Part shown: piece by piece, positions 13,235-26,653 of the stretch
Layout of the letters: the number at the start of each line of letters is the position of its first letter
Numbering within the stretch: position 1 is the first letter of the stretch
Assembly (NCBI GenBank): GCA_964016885.1
Contig: OZ024745.1
Span: forward strand, 125,736,001-125,800,000
Direction: 5' to 3'
Source of the DNA: Eledone cirrhosa
Taxonomy: Eukaryota
Length of the DNA stretch: 64,000 nt
Position numbers and translations under genes: made by a program
Notes under the pieces: generated by a model
Databases searched by the model: none
What the model saw: only the letters and a program-made list of their open reading frames with translations
What the model was told of the DNA's origin: nothing

Positions 13235-13692
13235 AAAATATTAATGCATATTTATATATATTGCATAACGAGACGCATATTCCCATTGTGTTCATAAATA
13301 CTCTCAGCATAGAGCTGCCCAAACAGACATACGTAAGCACTATGGATATGAAGTATGCTGTATAGTTTAGGTATTGTTTGTAACCTGAGACAATGTTTGG
13401 TAAGCGTGGCATTACAGAATGTGAGAGATTAAAAAAACAGGGTGGTGAGGGGACAAGGTATGTGCGTCTGTGGTGGTGGGTGAGATCCTAATTATGTCGG
13501 GTAAGGCAATGGGTGAGAGTGAGAGGAAGGGATAGAGAGAGGCAGAGAGAGAGAGAGAGAGGGGGGGGAGAGAGAGAGCATCGGTTAATAAAGAAGATAT
13601 AAAGTATTTTATACATTAATTATTTTCCCTGTTTTTTCAACACACACACAAAAATGCAAACAAACACACACACACAGTGTTATATGTATATA

Positions 13693-13820
13693 CTAGCAGA
13701 ATGGCCTAGCGTTGCTCGGGCTTCTAAACATAGATTGCCATGTTTATCCCTCCTTTCTGAAACAGTACAGAGAAGAACGGGATACCTCGGCCTGGGGATG
13801 GTGTCTACATTTTGTGCTTA
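13693..13820 (-). mobile_element. 3' end of a non-autonomous Helitron (same family as 21482-22178)
   Basis: Reverse complement of 22050-22178 including cccgagcaacg... hairpin region and terminal CTAG. Confidence 0.7.
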
Positions 13821-14427
13821 GGCAAATAATTTTCCATTAAGATTTTTCAAAAACATGTAATTGCGTTCCCACTCTTTTTTGTTGTTGTTTTTGCGTTTGT
13901 GTAGAAAGACAATTTTCTAACGTGCCCCACAGAGGCTAAAGTTAGTCTAAACCGAAACCATTTTGTTGCGAAACAACGTCTTAACCACACAACTCTATTT
14001 GCACACTTTTTCCAGCCCAACACTTCGCATGTGTTAAGCAAAATGCTGTTATGTTTTATTTTTTAAAGGCTATGATGTTGACGTATGAATTAGAACATCA
14101 AGACTAGATAGGAATATCACAAATACATATATAGCTTTCTTTGTTCATGATGACTAAATATTAGCAATATACATTCTAGCTGCAGGTGTTAAATCTACAC
14201 AGAAGTAAGACAGAATAAGGTGGTGTCCTGTGCGGGGGGGGGGGGGGGGGGGGTTAAGAAAACAGGTGAGCTTTACAGAGAAGTGATCAGTGTTTTTACA
14301 AACGGCGTTTTATAGTAATTTTATATAACATACAATAACTTGGGAGTTACCATTGTTGTCATTTCTCTTATTATTGTTATTATTATTATTGTTGTTGTTA
14401 TTATTATTATCATTATTATTATTATTA

Positions 14428-14855
14428 GGGTGGTGGATTGGCAGTATCGGTAGAGGGTCGGACGCTATGATATGCAGCATAGAGTTACGGCCCTTTATGA
14501 TCTGAGTTCAAATCCCGCCTAATTTAACTTTGCAATTCATCCTTACGGGTTCGATAAAATAAAGCACCAGTAACGTACTGGAGTCGATTTAATCGATTTT
14601 CCCCTCCCACTAAATTACTGGCCTTGTGCCTATACTAGAAATTATTATCATTTTCATTATTATTATTATTAAGGTGGTGGATTGGCAGTATGGGTAGATG
14701 GTCGGATGCCATGCTTTGTAGCATAGAGTTACCGTCCTTGAGTTCAAATCCCGCCGAGGTTAACCTTGTCTTTCATCATTACGGGGTCGATAAAATAAAA
14801 TACCAGTAATGCACTGGAATAATTGTTGGCCTTGCGCCAAAATTAGAAACAATTA
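14428..14855 (+). mobile_element. Two tandem SINE copies in a (TTA)n tract; the first is a longer variant
   Basis: Both have A/B boxes. The first carries an extra gagtcgatttaatcgattttcccctcccac segment. Confidence 0.85.
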
Positions 14856-15067
14856 TTTATTATTATTTATTATTAACCATGGGCTTCCATAACTTTCTGT
14901 GAATACATACGTATATGTATACCAACAAATATTCACTCACATCAGTACCATAGTCCCCCTTCCTCACTATATATATATATGTATCTGTGTGTGTGTGTGC
15001 GTGTGTGTATGTGTGTGTGTGTATCTATTACATTTTCTGGTATTTACAATCTAAATACATGTACACA

Positions 15068-15159
<92 letters not shown>

Positions 15160-15201
15160 CAATATATTAATAAATGGAAACTATATTTATAAAACCATAT
15201 T

Positions 15202-15267
15202 TATTTTATTATATATATTTCAAGGGCAACCAAGGAAAATTATGGTGCGCTTTCATCAGATAAAATA
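15202..15267 (-). ncRNA. Minimal type I hammerhead ribozyme (left arm of palindrome 15159-15494)
   Basis: Minus strand: tattttat-CTGATGA-aag-cgcacca...tggttgcc-ctt-GAAA-tatata-TA-ataaaata. Confidence 0.75.
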
Positions 15268-15385
15268 CAGATTTGTTTTATAAATAAATATTGACATAGC
15301 CGGAAAAAAAGACAACCTTAACGATTAGATCTTCCTGGATAGTTTTTGTCCGGGTATGTCAATATTTATTTATAAAACAAATCTG

Positions 15386-15451
15386 TATTTTATCTGATGA
15401 AAGCGCACCACAATTTGCCTTGGTTGCCCTTGAAATATATATAATAAAATA
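15386..15451 (+). ncRNA. Minimal type I hammerhead ribozyme (right arm of palindrome 15159-15494)
   Basis: tattttat-CTGATGA(15394-15400)-aag...ctt-GAAA(15432)-tatata-TA-ataaaata; 8-bp stem I and palindromic loop III. Confidence 0.75.
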
Positions 15452-15582
15452 AATATGTTTTTATAAATATAGTTTCCATTTATTAATATATTGTGTATTT
15501 ACTCCACTAAACTGTTGAGTGGTTTATATCAGTTATAAACATTATAAAGCTTGTTGAATCCCAACAAATTAAATAAAACCTC

Positions 15583-15712
<130 letters not shown>

Positions 15713-16153
15713 GGATTTTAAAAAGGACTTTAAAAAGAGCTAATTGATATGTCCGTTCCAATAGACAAGAATGTATCTATAAGAACATTTGAAAAATTGA
15801 GCAAGTATAAGAACCTGGAGATAGAAATTGGAAAAATGTGGAAATTGAGAACTAAAACAATACCAGTGGTTGTAGGCGCTCTAGGAATGATACCTAAGGG
15901 GTCTAATGATTACTTATCGCAAATCCCAGGAAACCCGCGTATAGGAGAAATACAAAAGATAGTACTAATGGGAACTGCCCATATACTAAGGAAGATTCTG
16001 TCAATATAAGTACATAACAAGTCTAAACACCTAAAGATGCATGTGTGAGTATGTATGTTCTTTCTTGAACATGGCGGACCTTGTTGTCTCTTGAGGTCAC
16101 TGGTTGTGACTTGGTGATAACTCGTATGAACATAAAGCAAGATAAATGCAGCT

Positions 16154-16155
<2 letters not shown>
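15713..16155 (+). mobile_element. Dong/R4-type LINE 3' fragment (restriction-like endonuclease end) flanked by (TAA)n
   Basis: ORF 15749-16009: IDMSVP...EKLSKYKNLEIEIGKMW...TIPVVVGALG...IQKIVLMGTAHILRK; TAA repeats on both sides. Confidence 0.85.
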
Positions 16156-16185
<30 letters not shown>

Positions 16186-17549
16186 TGTTTCTACTTTTGG
16201 CTCAAGGCCAGCAATTACCCAGTGCATTACTGGTACTAGCGATTCTCTGCATAAACTTTAATGTTATGTTAATATATATATATACAATGTTCTTCGACAT
16301 TTATATCGAGATTTGCGAATCACAAATGCTCATTTTCGAATTTTAATAGGAAGTCTTCGACTTCTTTATCACAGCTTATATGGTCATTAAAAGACAAACA
16401 TTTAAAATACTCGATTTTTTGGACGAAGCTTTGTAATAGTAAAATCTACTCGAACTCGTCTATATCAACTAACTGCAACCTCTGCACAAAGGAGACGCTA
16501 TTAATAATTAATAATTATGAAAACTTAATTAACAAAAAAAGTGAATTATTCTCAAACTGCCTTCATAAAGCTTTGTCTACATTCCAAGCCTCGCAAAAAG
16601 TCAGGAAAAAACACTAAATATACAGGCTTTAATTTTTGATGTCTCTTATCAACTGTTGGACCTAAAACGTTATAACAGTTTATAAAACTTTAATAATACT
16701 TTATTTTCTAATCATTTATGATTGAATTAATGTTAGAATGAAGGATCCTGTTTAGGTATATAAACATATTATTTGGTAACTTGTTCTCTTGATAAATATG
16801 CACACCTTTGGATTATTTTAGATATTTATAATGTAGATTCGGATCTTTATTTATTTGTCTCTGTTTTAAATATATAATTTGGATATTTAACTTGTAAGAT
16901 TACCGGTTATAATTGAACCGTAGATCATTCATTCATTTATATATTTTACTCATTTTGGGTATGTTTTGGGGACTCAGAAAGTTAGATTTGCACTTATATA
17001 TGTTTATATATATCTAGGTATAAATATAACAAACCATACTAGTCGACAAATGTTGGTCTCTCTCTCCACTGAACTGGAGGTAAAACTACAATTATAGCAT
17101 TATAATTGTAATTGTATTATTTATTTATTACATGTATATCGTTTATTTATTTATTATATTTATATCGTTTCACTAATACCTATAATACTCTCTCTATATA
17201 GTTGTACAAATATGTTTATCTAGTGTAATAACAAGCTCGTAGTTACATTTATAAATAATTTAGATACTCAAATGACTCTCTATTGTTATAAGTGTTAGAT
17301 ATTCCTTGGATGTTCGAAATTATATAATGATTATTACTTAATTTAATATAATTTAATTTATTTTAATTAAATTTAGATTACCTTCGGCTTTTTCAAGTCT
17401 TTAGCTCCTCTTTCTATCACTTTCGCTGGACATTTTAGAAGTGTCTTTTGTCTACTATATATTAAAACCCTCTTACATTTTAAACTATATTTTTAATATT
17501 GGGCATTTTTATGTTTCGTAAACAATTCATTATTTTTATTATTATTATT

Positions 17550-17737
17550 GGCGGTGGATTGGCAGTATCGGTAGAGGGTCGGACGTCATGCTTTCCAGCA
17601 TAGTTACGTCCCTTTACGATCTGAGTTCAAATCTCGCCGAGGTTGACTTTGCCTTTCATCCTTACGGGGTCGATAAAATAAAGTACCAGAAATGCACTGG
17701 GTGATTGCTGGCCTTGTGCCTAAAGTAGAAACAATTA
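17550..17737 (+). mobile_element. Full-length tRNA-derived SINE nested in the PLE 3' region
   Basis: ggcggtggattggcagtatcgg...gagttcaaatctcgccg...agtagaaacaatt, flanked by TTA-rich repeats. Confidence 0.9.
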
Positions 17738-18738
17738 TTTTTATTATTATTTTTATTTTATTTTTGTATCTAGCCCTTATCCTTAGGACTCATGTAGTTT
17801 TGACTTATATATTTATAGTATATTATCCTGTTACAATAATTGATCTAAAACATTAATTTTTAACAATATTTTCAGTAACTTATTTACTATATTGTATTAT
17901 TGTATTATGTTATGTATATTTGAAAGGTATCACCTTAAGGCTTTGGACAATATAATCCTTGTATATTATTTTGATTAACACATATATGTAATTTAAAATT
18001 CAGACCTCTTTAAGTTTAATTATAAGGCCTGTTGATCCTTTAGGCACTCAAATTGTTAATCATAAATTCTTTAATAATTATAACTGTAATTATTTTATAA
18101 ATTATATTATATAAACTGTTGTCAACATTATAAATAATTTTGGTAAAGTTTACCTTCGTGAGGTTGTAAAAACATTGTTTTATTTCTCGTGTTTGTAAAT
18201 CCTTCAAATTTGATTTCATAAAATTTGAATTTTAGAAATTAAACTTTATATTATACTTTAATATTAATACAGATACCTATTAACTTTTAAAACCTAAAAT
18301 ATTATTCATTACTCGGAACTAACTTAAATATTTTGAATATTAACGGTGAACCAAATAAGTTTAGATGTATATTGTATATATGAATAATTGTCTATAAACT
18401 TTAACATAAATTATTCCCCTTTCTCTCTCTCTCTATAATCAACTCTCTTTTGTATTTCGAGGCACCTACTAACTATATTATCCCATCAGCTGTTTCTTCC
18501 TCTATGCTTTCCTTTCTTTCCTCTTTCTTCCTTCAGTAATTTAATTTATTTTATCAGTTATATTGATGCCATGTATTTTTTAAGCTGTCTCACGCGCACC
18601 CTCTCTATTGTATGTATTATATATTGTTCTCATGTTCTCAATATTAAGGTATATAAATATTGAGTTTTGTCATATATTACTCACCACCATGACTGAATCT
18701 TAACCATCTACTATGTCAGGGTATGTCATGCATCATCC

Positions 18739-18805
18739 TATTTTATCTGATGAGGACGTACTGTTCAACTTAACTCAGTACCTCTGAAATATGTATAATA
18801 AAATA
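18739..18805 (+). ncRNA. Minimal type I hammerhead ribozyme (family A)
   Basis: tattttat-CTGATGA-gga-c-gtactg...cagtac-c-tct-GAAA-tatgta-TA-ataaaata. Confidence 0.75.
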
Positions 18806-18873
18806 TACTTGATCACAAGAATATCTATTTTGTTAATATTTTGAATTAATATATATATATGTGTGTGTGTATA

Positions 18874-18946
<73 letters not shown>

Positions 18947-19189
18947 GTGTGTGTATGTGTATGTATATATATATATATATCAGTCTAAAATCTTTTCCAG
19001 AGTCCTGTATTTTCGTTGCTGTGGTAATGCGGCTGGACTGCCGATCGCTATATTTGATTTGCTAAGCTGTCTAAACGTATTGTTATTACTCTGGGGTACT
19101 ATTCCCATACGAGTGCTAAAGCTACATACCGAATTTGCATTCGTTAGCTTGGCCGCAAACTAACGCTTCGTTAATGCTGTACTAACATT

Positions 19190-19226
<37 letters not shown>

Positions 19227-19227
19227 A

Positions 19228-19276
<49 letters not shown>

Positions 19277-19434
19277 ATATATATATATACACCCACACAC
19301 ACACACGCACATATATATATATATATATAAGTGATATTCTTACACATGTACAAACAAACATACATCATAAATAGACTCATACATACATGCATACATACAT
19401 ACATACATACATACATACATGCATACATACATAT

Positions 19435-20870
19435 GATCATCGGAACTCTCTGAGCAAAACAAAACACTGGCTCACAATGTGTTTGCTGTATCTGTCCTAA
19501 CACCAACGTTTGGAACACTCAATTGGACTATAGACGAAATCCGAAAAATACTAAACAACTCGAAAAATACTAAACAACACTGGAAATTTCCACATCAACA
19601 GTGACATAGACCGCCTTTACTTGAAACGTAAGCAGGGAGGCAGAGGCCTAACATCAGTCCAAACAACATTTGAATGTTGCATCATATGCCTCCAACATCT
19701 ACGAACCTCGAAGCGTAGGAGCCCGTCTCTCGAGTAAGTCTATCTGCACGAAACAGGTAAGATCATGAGAGTTGGGAAGGAACTCCTCAAGAGATATTCC
19801 CTTTGTGATAATCAAAAACCCACACCCAGGGAAGTCGCTCAGCAGTATCGCAGTGAATCCATGGATGAAAAACTGCATGCTTATCAGCAAAAATCATGCA
19901 TGGGTATGTTGCCAGGAAGCTCCAGAGTGAGAGTAATATAGATAAGGAAAGTAGTCTATCTTGGACCAACAACCGCTATATTGGCTCCCACTTTGAAGAA
20001 TACGCTTTTGCAATCCAAGAACAGGAAATCAACACGAAATACCTGATTCACAAAAGAGATAGGGATGCAGGCTAAACACCTAGATCTGATAACAAGTGCA
20101 AACTCTGCAGAATTAACATCGAAGATGTCACCCATGTCATAAGCAGCTGTCCAAAGATATCATCGCGCTCCTCTCTACCTATGAGGCATGATGTAGTAGC
20201 CAAAACACTGTACAATGTAATCCGTAGAAAAGATAGCCCCGATAATAAACACATTAAAAGCTGCAGCAATGTGGAAGACATCCATATACATAAAATGAAA
20301 GAGTACTGGTGGAATGTTCCAGTTAAAACCCCAATAAAATGCAGGCATAACAGACCAGATATTATGATATAGGACAGGGAAAAGAAAGCATACACAGTAG
20401 AGGAAGTTAGCTGCCCAGCAATGGCAATATAATATCAAAGATTAGTGAAAAGGTGAATATTTATGCAAAACTGATGAGAAATATGCAGATACTCCACCCT
20501 GATTACACCTTCAGATTTATGCCTGTGATTATTGGGGCACTGGGGTATGTTAGTAACTGCCTCAATACAAATCTTGAGAAGCTAGGCTTCACAGGAACAG
20601 AAAGAACACAACTAGTTAGAAAATTACAAGTATAATCCATTAATGGAACAGTAAAAATATGTAAAACATTCCAAAAATTTTGCATCTAATAACTGCATAT
20701 ACACATGCACACATAGAACTCAAAACATCCACATCCACATATACAATAACATCCATATCTACACATGCAGACATGCATACATATCTACCTAGTTTTGATA
20801 TTGTGTAAATTCCAATGAGAGAGTCTTGTGTCTATATTAGAACCGACTCTATTGGTAAAAATTTGTGAAA
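19435..20870 (+). mobile_element. Decayed R4-type LINE 3' fragment (second family): RT thumb, CCHC knuckle, REL endonuclease
   Basis: Motifs SDIDRLYLKRKQGGRGL, AIQEQEINTKY, CKLCRINIEDVTHVISSC, RHD, HNRPDIMI, MPVIIGALG; multiple stops and frameshifts. Confidence 0.85.
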
Positions 20871-20993
20871 TTATAAAACCAGAAGAACATACATTCTAAA
20901 ATGTTCTATTTGTTGCCAAACTCTTATGGCATCAAAATTAACAAAATAACTATTATTCTTTTTATTTTCTAGTATTACAAATATAATGCAAGA

Positions 20994-21295
20994 TAATATA
21001 ATACAATAAAATACAATATAATATAATACAATACAATATAATATAATACAATATGATATAATACAATATAATACAATATAATATAATACAATATAATACA
21101 ATATAATACAATATAATATAATACAATAAAATACAATATAATATAATATAATACAATATAATATAATACAATATGATATAATACAATATAATACAATATA
21201 ATATAATACAGTATAATATAAATAATATGATAGAATATAAAACAATATAATACAATATAATATAATACAATACAATATAATACAATATAATATAA
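20994..21295. repeat. (ATACA/ATATA) pentamer satellite with 120-bp higher-order period
   Basis: 21001-21090 is nearly identical to 21121-21210, including the variant units ataaa and atatg. Confidence 0.85.
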
Positions 21296-21470
21296 TTGTT
21301 TCTACTTTTGGCACAAGGCCAGCAATTACCCAGTGGTACTATATTTTATCGACTCCGTAAGGATGAAAGGCAAAGTTAACCTCGACGGGATTTGAACTCA
21401 GACCGTAAAGGGACGTAACTATGCTAGAAAGCATGGCGTCCAACCCTCTACCGATACTGTCAATTCACCC
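21294..21470 (-). mobile_element. tRNA-derived SINE
   Basis: Minus-strand match to the family consensus. Confidence 0.9.
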
Positions 21471-21481
21471 ATACAATATAA

Positions 21482-22178
21482 TCTATATATCTAAAACAGA
21501 GAATGTCTGTCTGGTTCCCTAAAACTCGAGATCCACACAACCGATTGTTTTCAAACTTTACACATGTAATACTTATGGTCCTGTGACTGTTTTCAAATTT
21601 CCAATGCCCTAGGGACCGCATTAGGCGATTTGGTGATCTCTCTCTATAATTCTTAGTCTTTCTTTTTAGATAGATACATAGATATAACGTTGCGTCCTTA
21701 TAATATCTGTCTGTATGTCTGATGTCTGCATTACGACATTATGACGCTATATGTGTGTGTGTATATATAGTGTGTGTATATATAGTGTGTAACATTTTTC
21801 GAAATATTTACTTCTTCATTCACAGATTGATTTTTTTAATTTCAGAAGATCCTGTTAAGGGTGAAAGCAGCGATTCTTTGCTTAAACTTTAATCTGTTAT
21901 ATATATATATATATAAAATTATATATTCGTGTACATATATTTTTGCATATACAATAACAAAATATAAACAAAAGTATTTATTTGGCGATAAAGTATTGAT
22001 TTTCTTCGCACGGAAAAAAAACTCTGGTAATCTACGACGAATTTGTTTTATAAGTACAAAATGTAGACACCATCCCGAGGCCGAGGTATTCCGTACTTCT
22101 CTGTACTGTTTCAGAAAGGAGGGATAAACATGCCAATCTATGTTTAGAATCCCGAGCAACGCCGGGCCATTCTGCTAG
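21482..22178 (+). mobile_element. Non-autonomous Helitron (~697 bp)
   Basis: 5' A|TCTATATATCTAAAAC, 3' cccgagcaacgccggg hairpin followed by ccattctgCTAG|T; no TSD; second 3' copy at 13693-13820. Confidence 0.75.
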
Positions 22179-23093
22179 TATAATATAAAATGAAGATACA
22201 GAAAAAGACACGAATGTAAATTAGATTCTTTTGTCCCAGCCTACAATCATATTTTAGAAAGAGATTTTTGTATTTGTATTTGTCTTTACAATATATTAGC
22301 TCATATATTATTTCTTACATTGTATATAGTTATTTTTAATAATGAGACATTTCCAAGTTAGTATCACAACGAAATAAAATATAATAAAAATTAATATGCA
22401 ATAAATATACAAATAAATAAATAAAATTAATGAAATAAATATATAAATTAATAAAATAAATGAATAAATAAAATTAATATCAGTAATAAAATATATAAAT
22501 AAATAAATAAATAAATAAATAAAATAAATAATAAAAAAAATTTAAACAAATTAAATAAATAAATGAATAACCCAAAGAATAAAAGCAATCAGTTATGGTG
22601 TAAAGTAATATATGAAGAGAGAGAGAGAAAGAGAAAGAGAGAGAGAGAAAGAGAGAGAGAAAGCGAGAGAGAGAAAGAGAAAGAAAGAGAGAGAAAGAGA
22701 GATAGAGAGAGAGAAATAGAGAGAGAGAGAGAGAAAGAATAAGAGAGAGAGAGATGTATTATAAGGTAGAGAGAGAAAGAAAGAGAGAGAAAGAGATAGA
22801 GAGAGTGATAGAAAGAGAAAGAGAGAGATGTATTATATGGTAGAGAGAAAGAGGGAGAGAGAGAGAGTGAGAGAGAGAGATGGAAAGAGAGGAAAAGATG
22901 TATTATGTGATGACGTGAACACTCTATGGTGTCACGTATAATACGTGGGTTCTAGAGATGACATGACTCTAATTTCTTTTGTGTTCCCTTTTTTTTGTAT
23001 TTTCTCATCCCCGAATTCTTTTCACTTTCCTGAAATCACACAATAACAGGCATAAAATAAAAGAAATCCTTTATTGTTGTACTCACGTGGTTG

Positions 23094-23242
23094 GTATACA
23101 TACATATGCAAAAACTGATTTTGCATAAACGACACAAAACACAATATAAATATAAATATATATACATATATTATTATTATATATATATATATATATCCAA
23201 AATTAAGATATATATACACATATATGTATATAGTAATAATAA

Positions 23243-23274
<32 letters not shown>

Positions 23275-23323
23275 GTGTGTTTTGTATCGTTTATACAAAA
23301 TCAGTTTTTGCGTATGTATGTAT
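23094..23323. repeat. ~230-bp imperfect palindrome
   Basis: tatacatacatatgcaaaaactgattttgcataaacgacacaaaacac mirrors gtgttttgtatcgtttatacaaaatcagtttttgcgtatgtatgtata. Confidence 0.85.
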
Positions 23324-23414
23324 ATATGTATGTACATGTGTTTGTTTGTATGTATGTATGTGCTTATGTATTATGAATGTATGTATGTGTGTATGTATGC
23401 ATACAGATAGATAG

Positions 23415-24134
23415 ATATATTTCTTTATTTCCCACAAGGGCGCACAAGGAAAGGGGACAATACAAAGATACATGTCAGGGATTTTACATACATTGGTGTA
23501 CAAATATTATTAAAACAAACAAATTTAACAATCGAAATCCCCAATAGGGGGGGGCGTTACAAATGGGTTGTTTAATACCCCATAGATAAAACAACCCTCA
23601 ACTTCAGGAGCGTGTTGTGCAAGTGCACCTTTCTTCCTTTTGCTCTCTTCTTCAACCTACAGGTTTAGATACAGAGAAGGCCCAATCACTCGGGCCATTT
23701 TTGTTACATTCCCCCACACCTTTCAGTAAATTTACTGGGGTGCAGTGCTTCTCTCTTCATTCTGATTCTCAATCTAAAGTGGTGCCTAAAGAAGGGAATG
23801 AGTTGTTGTCCGGAGAGAAAGTTATCTGTCCTCAGTCCTCTCAATCTCGTCCACTATATAACCTCTTTCACCATAGCCACTATACAGAAGAAAACCGCCT
23901 CTCTTTCGTTTGTGAAAGAGGCTGACGGTTTGATCCTTACTATGGACTCGGCAGGCAACTGGATTTGTTCCATACGCGACAGCAGTTGCTCTGCGTAGTT
24001 CCACAGGTCAGTTACGCCCAGGCAGTGTACAATTGCGTGCAAGACGGTTTCAATGTCCTGCTCGTATCTTGGACACGTCCTCTGGAAGGATCCCGCGGTG
24101 GCGTCCGTGTCTGTAGATCTTGTCTCGTACTGGA

Positions 24135-24137
<3 letters not shown>
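23415..24137 (-). mobile_element. Tx1/L1-clade LINE 3' fragment
   Basis: Minus-strand TCPRYEQDIETVLHAIVHC...LWNY...VAMVKEVI*WTR (degenerate CCHC knuckle and downstream W..R motif), aataaa near the 3' end, bounded by microsatellites. Confidence 0.7.
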
Positions 24138-24181
<44 letters not shown>

Positions 24182-24330
24182 ATTTTGAGTATGTGTTGGT
24201 TGTTTAGAGCAGTGATTCTCAACGTGGTCCAGGTGGACCACCGGTGGTCCACATAGCATTTCTAGTGGTCCACAGAGAATTCGTAGCCATAAAAATATTG
24301 TAGCCCTTTCACAAAAATGTAACTAATATA

Positions 24331-24520
24331 ATTGTTTCTACTTTTGGCACAAGGCCAGCAATTAAACCAGTGTATTACTGGTACTTTATTTTATCGACCC
24401 TGTAAGGATTAAAGGCAAAGTTAACCTCAGCGGGATTTGAACTCAGATCATAAAGGGAGGTAACTCCATGCTTCAAAGCATTGCGTCCGCCCTCTACCGA
24501 TACTGCCAATCCACCGCCCG
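24331..24520 (-). mobile_element. SINE nested in the hAT 5' region with TSD
   Basis: Flanked by direct repeat aatgtaactaatataat (from 24316 and from 24526). Confidence 0.9.
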
Positions 24521-24922
24521 TTAGTAATGTAACTAATATAATATTTTGTTTAATTACACACATGTCCATTATATTTGAAAATTTCGAAATTACGTAGGTA
24601 TTATGCAGTGCTATATTTATTTTATTTTTTTATTCATATAAAAAATGGTACTTGTAACGAATGTATGTACCGTGAAATCTTCTTCGTTGATAACTAAAGC
24701 GGACAGACAGACGGACATTCAGCAAATTATAGTAAGATATTCAAGAGAATAGCAAAGACTCGGTAATATATCCGCCACAAGGACCAAAAAAATTATTCCT
24801 ATGCTAAAAGATCACTACACAATATTGTTTGATAATAAATTTGATATTTCTAATTTATAGAAATAAAGTATTTATTTTTTTTTTTTTTCATATCAGTTGT
24901 TTGAATCTGAACCAACTGCTAA

Positions 24923-26653
24923 AATGGCAAAACAGGAATTACACAGAAGATTTTATCATGTTTGGCTTTGTATCTGTAGACTCAAAACCTATGTGTCTAG
25001 AATGTGGTGCCATCTTGACAAATCATTCCATGAAGAAAGTTAAGCTGGAGCAGCACCAGAAATCAAAGCATCCATCATCTGTTGGTAAAGATAGGGAATA
25101 TTTTGAGAATAAGAATAAAAGACAGCCAGTCAAACTATCCGACTTTGTAAAGAAGATGAATACTGCAAAAGCAAAAGACACTCAAACCAAGTTATTTTGT
25201 CTCTGAAATTATTGCCAAGGTTGCGGCACCTCAGGTTTATTGTGAGAAGCTTGTCAAGCCTGCTATGATAGCTTGTGCAAATGAGGTTCTAGGAAAAGAT
25301 GCTGCATCTACCCTGAGTACAATTCCACTTTCAAATGACACTATTACAAGAAGACAGGATGAAATGTCTAATTTTGTTGAGAAGATGGTGGAAATTCTGC
25401 AAAAGACAAAGTTTTCTATCCAGGTTGATGAGAGCACAATTGATAACCAAGCTATCTTTCTGGTCTATGTCAGATTCATCCATGAAGATGATATAAGGGA
25501 AGAAATGTTATTCATTAAAAGTTTTCCTGAAACTACTAATGGAGAAGATATATTCAATGATGTAATGCAGTATTTTAATTATAAAAATAATTGACTAATT
25601 TGATCAACATTGCATCAGATGGAGCTGCAGCCGTGACTGGAAAAGTGAAAGGCTTTGTTTCTAGAATGAAATCAGTTGTTCCTCACATCTTTTATATACA
25701 TTGCATTATCCACAGACAGCATTTGATTGCTAAGAATATTGGAGGAGACATTCAAGAAGCACTCAACACTGCCATACATGAAATTAACTTTGTCAAGTCA
25801 AACTCAGTGAATAATAGATTTTTGTGCAATTCTGTGAAGATGAAAATTTTAAAACCCTATTGCTTTACACAGAAGTAAGATGGTTGTCAAAAGGCCTGAG
25901 CCTTGAAAAACTAGTGAATTTGTGGGAATCATTAATCAATTTTCTCATGTTTAAGTCCCAAATGACTCATTATAACTCCAAGAAGCAAGCTGATACAGCT
26001 AAGGAAATTTTGGAAAGACTTCCTGAGTTTAAATAAATAATATTCTACCTGAGTGATATTTTAAAAACAGTGAATCTGCTTAACTTGGAGTTGCAAGGTA
26101 GAAGATCAGATTTAGTCACCTGTGCTTAGAAGATAAAAGGCTATATGGGGAAATTGAAATTTTGGAAAAAACAGTTTGAGAAAAAAAAGTTAGCATCATT
26201 TCAAAATTTCAACACCACTGCTCCTACATCAGAATGCATTGCTGCATTCATTGCCCTTCTTGAAGGTCTTCATGTAGACTTTGAGAGAAGATACAATGAT
26301 CTATTAAAGATGGATTATCCACTCTGGTTTGTAGACCTAGAAAATTATGAGCCAGGAGATGAAAATGTTGAGTTGGCTGAAATGTTGTTGGACTTGAAAG
26401 AGAATGTAAAACTGAGAAGAAGAGTTGACAAAGAAGGTGTCTTTGCCTACATATCGATAAAGGACTCACACCCAAATATTTTTCCACATGGATGGTGGAA
26501 TCTGGATTTTCAGCAGTTGCGGATGTTTTCAGTAGAAAAAGAAATAAATTAGATCTCAACAGCAGAGGAACTATCAGACTAAGACTGAATGACTTCATCA
26601 AAATTGATTATGATATCTTGTGTCAGAAACATCAAGATCAAGGTAGTCACTAG
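24923..26653 (+). pseudogene. hAT transposase, frameshifted
   Basis: BED-type finger (PMCLECGAILTNHSMK...H...KH), IPLSNDTITRR, FSIQVDEST, IASDGAAA, HCIIHRQHL, TEVRWLSKG, VESGFS-like C-terminus, spread over several frames. Confidence 0.9.

Larger units (their letters stand above)
16285..18850 (+). mobile_element. Penelope-like element 3' part: GIY-YIG C-terminus, ~2.2-kb AT-rich 3' region and terminal hammerhead module
   Basis: 16288-16617 translates CSSTFISRFANHKCSF...STSLSQLIWSLKDK...YSIFW...CNLCTKETLLII...LINKKSELFSNCLHK. Hammerhead at 18739-18805 then (AT)n. Continuity of the intervening region is inferred. Confidence 0.7.

Noticed and set aside
17550-17640. tRNA gene at SINE heads (A and B boxes)
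   Set aside because: No cloverleaf; always fused to the SINE body and often bounded by TSDs.
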